From: a virus
Lineage: Duplodnaviria; Caudoviricetes
Direction: 5' to 3' (one strand)
DNA: 39,138 bases
IMG/VR virus record: IMGVR_UViG_3300029309_000102
Location: 1-39,138 of that record
Positions 35,269-39,138 of this stretch are shown here, piece after piece. A program made the translations under genes and the position numbers. The notes under the pieces were generated by a model. The model was not told the origin of the DNA. It saw only the letters and a program-made list of their open reading frames with translations, and searched no databases. Numbering within the stretch: position 1 is the stretch's first letter; each line of letters opens with the position of its first letter.

Positions 35269-35581
35269 GATACCCGTTGACCCCGGCGACCCCGATGTCG
35301 TCATTGAAGTGTGGGTTCGGGACATCACATTCTTTGATGTTCAACGCTCAGCGCAAGAACTCCTTACGATTGGCAAAGACGGTGAAATGTCCCTTGACCT
35401 TGAATCCTACTGGAAGTATGCGTTCACTCACTGGGTGACTCGCACCAACCCTGAACTCTCAACGGCTGAAATGCTTGAATTAAAAGGCAGCATTGGGCAG
35501 CAAATCGCTGCCATTTTGCCATCGCCGGACCGAGTAGGACAGATGTTGCAGGGGGATTTTACGAGCGGCGACGCTCAGTGA
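35210..35581 (+). CDS. tail assembly chaperone (G-like)
   Basis: SD GAGGTGG before ATG 35210; 123 aa between the tube and tape measure genes. Confidence 0.7.
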   Translation: MTVLKDKTQILRQKNEQKHEIPVDPGDPDVVIEVWVRDITFFDVQRSAQELLTIGKDGEMSLDLESYWKYAFTHWVTRTNPELSTAEMLELKGSIGQQIAAILPSPDRVGQMLQGDFTSGDAQ

Positions 35582-35856
35582 TTGAGACTTTTCTCAGTCG
35601 GAAGACCGTCGCCAACCCCGAGGACATCGGATTACAAATGGAATTGTGGGCGTATGTTGTCGCAAAGCACTATGGAATATCACTCAAAGAGGTATATGAA
35701 ATGACGCCCGAGACATTCCAACAGTCGCTTACTTGGGCCTTGGTTGGGCGCAAACAAGAGGAAAAGGAAATGAAGCGGCAACGCCAGCAAGCAAACAGCG
35801 GCGGACAAGAGACTGTCACGCTTGACTACTCGTGGCTTGAAATGGAGGACTTTTGA
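35578..35856 (+). CDS. tail assembly chaperone C-terminal part (T-like), probably reached by -1 frameshift
   Basis: In the -1 frame relative to the upstream gene and open through GGGGGATTTT 35551-35560. YGISLKEVYEMTP resembles GT-type chaperone motifs. Confidence 0.65.
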   Translation: MIETFLSRKTVANPEDIGLQMELWAYVVAKHYGISLKEVYEMTPETFQQSLTWALVGRKQEEKEMKRQRQQANSGGQETVTLDYSWLEMEDF

Positions 35857-37178
35857 TGGTAGCACTGGCCGGTTTGACTATTGCTTTACAGAATCTAACC
35901 AGCGGTGCTGGTACTTTGGGCACTATTTTCAGCAGTTTGGGGGGTATGATGGCTGGCATTGGTTCCGCCATTACAAGCGCTTTTGGTGGAGCAGTTGATT
36001 TTGTAAGGGAAAAATGGCAAGGTTTCAAGGACTGGTGGGGTGAAAACATCACACCCCTTTGGGAGGCAACAAAAGAATTTGCTGTCAATGCTTTCCAATC
36101 AATTGTTGACATGGTGACGCTAATTTTTGGAGGAGCGTTTGATTTACTCGTTGCGTTGTGGGAGGCAACAGTCGGTGTTTTCCAAGTCCTGTGGGATGCC
36201 ACAATGGGTCCTTTGGTTGAAGGATTTCAATTGCTTTTCACAGGAGCATTCCAATTACTGACCGGCAACTTCACTGGTTTTGTTGAGACACTCAAAGAGT
36301 CATGGGACGCATTGGTTATGCCGTTAGTGCAACCGTTTGTTGACCTCTTCCAAGCAGGCATGGCGTTGGGTTCGGGAAGTTGGGAAGGCTTCGTTGGTAA
36401 GTTGAAGGATGCTTGGGATAACAGCGTTGGGCCGCTCGTGTCGGCTTTCCTTGACCCATTCCTTGGAGCACTGTCCTCCATCGGTGAACGATGGAATACC
36501 ATGGTCTCCAACATGCGTGAGCGCTTTGGATTTGTTGATGCCATTTTCGTTAAGTTGGGTGAGTTCAAAGCCAACTTTGATTTGATTCGGGACAACTGGG
36601 GCCTTATCGTCAATGCGATGAAAACCAAGTTTGATGCTTTCATTGAGCCTATTAAGACCGCTCTTGGTGTACTCCTTTCGCCCTTCCAACTGGCATGGGA
36701 TGGTATTATTGCCGCCATTGACCTTGCTAAAGCAGGCTTTGACTTGTTCGCTGGTGGTCTGCAAACAGCGTACGATTCTTTCATCAAACCACCTCTTGAA
36801 TTTATGAACGACACATTGGAGTCCATTGTTGGCTTAGCAGGCGACGCTGTGGATAAAGTCGGCGGATTCTTTGGCGGTGCCTTGGACTTCGGCGCTGGAC
36901 TCATCGGCTTATCCGAGGGTGGTGTAACCAGTGGACCGAGCAGCGGTTATCCTGTTATGCTCCACGGCACTGAGGCGGTTGTGCCGCTATCGGGTGGACG
37001 CTCAATCCCTGTTGAAATGAAAGGCGGTGGCGGTTCTCAAACCTTCAACATCAATGTCAACCCAACCGGTATCACTGACCGTACTGACAAGCGTGACATG
37101 GCTCGTCAAATCGGCAACATGATTCAGCAAGAGGTCTCTCGTGCCCTTGGTGGTACGACTATGCGAGGGAGGATGTGA
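35856..37178 (+). CDS. tape measure protein
   Basis: Amphipathic W/F-periodic helical repeats and C-terminal GGV..GP..GYPVMLHGTEAVVPL, followed by TFNINV. Position after the chaperones. Confidence 0.85.
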   Translation: MVALAGLTIALQNLTSGAGTLGTIFSSLGGMMAGIGSAITSAFGGAVDFVREKWQGFKDWWGENITPLWEATKEFAVNAFQSIVDMVTLIFGGAFDLLVALWEATVGVFQVLWDATMGPLVEGFQLLFTGAFQLLTGNFTGFVETLKESWDALVMPLVQPFVDLFQAGMALGSGSWEGFVGKLKDAWDNSVGPLVSAFLDPFLGALSSIGERWNTMVSNMRERFGFVDAIFVKLGEFKANFDLIRDNWGLIVNAMKTKFDAFIEPIKTALGVLLSPFQLAWDGIIAAIDLAKAGFDLFAGGLQTAYDSFIKPPLEFMNDTLESIVGLAGDAVDKVGGFFGGALDFGAGLIGLSEGGVTSGPSSGYPVMLHGTEAVVPLSGGRSIPVEMKGGGGSQTFNINVNPTGITDRTDKRDMARQIGNMIQQEVSRALGGTTMRGRM

Positions 37179-37180
37179 GC

Positions 37181-38383
37181 ATGGCTGACGGCTACGGTAC
37201 ACCCATTCGTTTGATTTTTGACGACCCCAAAGCCATGGAAAGGGCTGGGTACGCTAACGGTATGGAACTCAACGCTACGAGCATGGCGTTAAGCGTAGAG
37301 CGAAGAGTGGGTGGAATGCCAATGCCGCTTAGCAAAGGTAAGCGTTTCGGTCTTGACTTGAACACGGTTAACAGCACCATCATCATTGATGCTGTGTTTG
37401 TGGACGACGACCACAACCGAAGAGCCAGTACAGCACGAAAGGCTTCGGGGCAGATTGACACAACTCAAACCTTTCTTACAGCGAGAGCAGTAGGCGAAAA
37501 AACCACGATAGCAGTGACGACATACGCACTTATTGTAGGTTCTTTAGAACTAAAAGACTCAATAGGGACAACTCATTCAATTACAATCGTTAGCACCAGT
37601 AGCACGAAGGGGTATGTTAGCGGTACAAGTATCAACCTCGGGACAAGCGGCACTGGTTTTGTCACAGCGGCGGAGTTAGCGACTGCTCTCGTTGCTTGCA
37701 TCAACGCAAACACCGGTACTTTCAATATGACAGCGAGCGTATCACCGTCCGATTTTGTTCCCACCGTCAATGGTAAAGTCACTATTACACAAGTTGTAAA
37801 TGGTGTTGTTGGAGGTCAACAAAACATTCGTTTCAGAAATGAATTTGGGCAAGCGTTATTCACTCGTCAATTTGCAGGTGGCAGGGCTGTCACTACTGAA
37901 CTTAAGTCAGCAGCAGATAAAGTGCAAGACCTCTACGGTATTTTGCACAACACCTCAAGAGGGGGTAGTGGACTGGTGGCTACCGGTGTTATGGGACTCG
38001 CTGCTGTTGTCGCTACTGGAGGCGCTGCTCTTGTTGTAGGGGCTGCTTCCACTGCTGTTGTCGGGGCAGTGGGCGCTGAGATTGCTACTTTAAATTTTAG
38101 AGGTGACTATCCAATTGGTATTCAAATCCCATACAACTCCATGGTTCAAGCAGCCAGCGGTGAAAAATATGCAGTTCGCAACTTTTTGATTCCTACCGGT
38201 AAGAAAACGGTTGATGAAAAAATGTCTCATGAAAATGACAAGCCAGCCTCAACTACATTTTCCACTCGTGATAATACCACAGGCATTCAAGGTACAGTGC
38301 AAAAAATGGACATCTTATATGACGCTGGTGAAGAATCGTACATGGTCAAAATTGTGTTTGCTCCGATTGATGCAATTATCTGA
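37181..38383 (+). CDS. distal tail/baseplate protein with long Gly/Ala/Val hydrophobic segment
   Basis: Follows the tape measure gene; T/S/G beta-rich; GLVATGVMGLAAVVATGGAALVVGAASTAVVGAVGAEIA. Confidence 0.65.
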   Translation: MADGYGTPIRLIFDDPKAMERAGYANGMELNATSMALSVERRVGGMPMPLSKGKRFGLDLNTVNSTIIIDAVFVDDDHNRRASTARKASGQIDTTQTFLTARAVGEKTTIAVTTYALIVGSLELKDSIGTTHSITIVSTSSTKGYVSGTSINLGTSGTGFVTAAELATALVACINANTGTFNMTASVSPSDFVPTVNGKVTITQVVNGVVGGQQNIRFRNEFGQALFTRQFAGGRAVTTELKSAADKVQDLYGILHNTSRGGSGLVATGVMGLAAVVATGGAALVVGAASTAVVGAVGAEIATLNFRGDYPIGIQIPYNSMVQAASGEKYAVRNFLIPTGKKTVDEKMSHENDKPASTTFSTRDNTTGIQGTVQKMDILYDAGEESYMVKIVFAPIDAII

Positions 38384-38392
38384 GGTGTGGCT

Positions 38393-39138
38393 ATGCCAGT
38401 CATGCTTCAAACAAACCACGCTCTCTTCTTTGATGGCGTGAGCGACAGCGTGATTATCCCACAGGGTTTGTTCAGTGGTATTGGTCGCAACAACGCTGCT
38501 GGTGAACGAAGCAGTAGCGACATCATAGACGGCTCATCAGTTGGGTCAAGAGGGAAGGGAATCATTGGAGATTTGCTGTCGCAAGACATCGCTATTGAAG
38601 CGTGGGTTACGCCCGACTGTGGAGGTGTGGTGGTCAGCAAAGAGGGCCTGTTTGAAGTGCGAGTAGGAAATGTTGACACACCGGGACCAATCACATTTGA
38701 GTTGAATTTGAATAGCGAACATGGCTTCCGTAAGGTGTACCTACAAACCGCTGTTGAAACCAGTACAGGCTACGACGGTACTGTTTATCCGGCCACAACT
38801 TTTGGTGGGTTAGAGGACTCGTACAATCGCTTCGCTGGTAGCAGCAAAGACGACGCTACTGCGCTCAACATCAATCAACGACAACTCCTCCATGTTGTGT
38901 GCGGCATCAGCGAAGACAACGCACAAATCATCGTCAACGGTGAAATCATGGCTCAACAACCGATTGAGGGTGATTACTCACTGGTGGCAAACGACAACCA
39001 TGTGTACATTGGTGGGAAAGGTGGGCAGTTTCGTGGTGTGATTGAGAGTCTTCACATCTCAGCCACCATGACTGACGAAATGAAGAGTGGTAATGCACCC
39101 TTGGTGTCAAACGATACCGTCGCTTTGTTCCGTTTTGA
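38393..39138 (+). CDS. LamG/concanavalin A-like domain tail protein, 3'-truncated (not in the ORF track)
   Basis: SD GAGGTG then ATG 38393. MPVMLQTNHALFFDGVSDSV...IAIEAWVTP...LHVV...IIVNG...VYIGG...FRGVIESLHIS; frame is open to the window end. Confidence 0.85.
   Translation, partial: MPVMLQTNHALFFDGVSDSVIIPQGLFSGIGRNNAAGERSSSDIIDGSSVGSRGKGIIGDLLSQDIAIEAWVTPDCGGVVVSKEGLFEVRVGNVDTPGPITFELNLNSEHGFRKVYLQTAVETSTGYDGTVYPATTFGGLEDSYNRFAGSSKDDATALNINQRQLLHVVCGISEDNAQIIVNGEIMAQQPIEGDYSLVANDNHVYIGGKGGQFRGVIESLHISATMTDEMKSGNAPLVSNDTVALFRF

Noticed and set aside
1-39138. tRNA, rRNA, integrase/att or transposase
   Set aside because: None recognised. Intergenic gaps are too short apart from the AT-rich hairpin, which lacks cloverleaf features.

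Overview
This window is a dense, almost entirely + strand fragment of a tailed dsDNA virus (Caudoviricetes) with archaeal expression signals: GAGGTGA/GGTGA Shine-Dalgarno sites and TATA-like boxes before apparently leaderless genes. Gene content and style best fit a magrovirus-like virus of marine group II Euryarchaeota (Poseidoniales). That assignment is by recognition, not a database search. The right two-thirds is a morphogenesis module: terminase large subunit, LAGLIDADG-domain protein, portal, a 1821-aa protein ending in a degenerate DNA-ligase fold, prohead protease/scaffold, major capsid protein, head-tail adaptor, tail terminator, tail tube, tail chaperones with a candidate -1 frameshift, tape measure, and a truncated LamG tail protein. 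No sheath is visible, so it is probably a siphovirus. The left third is accessory: a Ras/Arf-like small GTPase among membrane proteins, an AbrB regulator, Zn-finger proteins and basic low-complexity proteins. The most notable signals are: (1) a shared P-x3-A-[WF]-x2-[LIA]-K tag on unrelated proteins, including a kinase-like and an HNH-like protein, which resembles the LLK-A site near the capsid N-terminus and suggests a capsid-addressing/protease-release cargo system; (2) a viral small-GTPase membrane module; (3) a recurring intergenic GCGGCAT element next to TATA-like boxes; (4) apparent avoidance of several restriction-type palindromes. No tRNA, rRNA or CRISPR array was seen.
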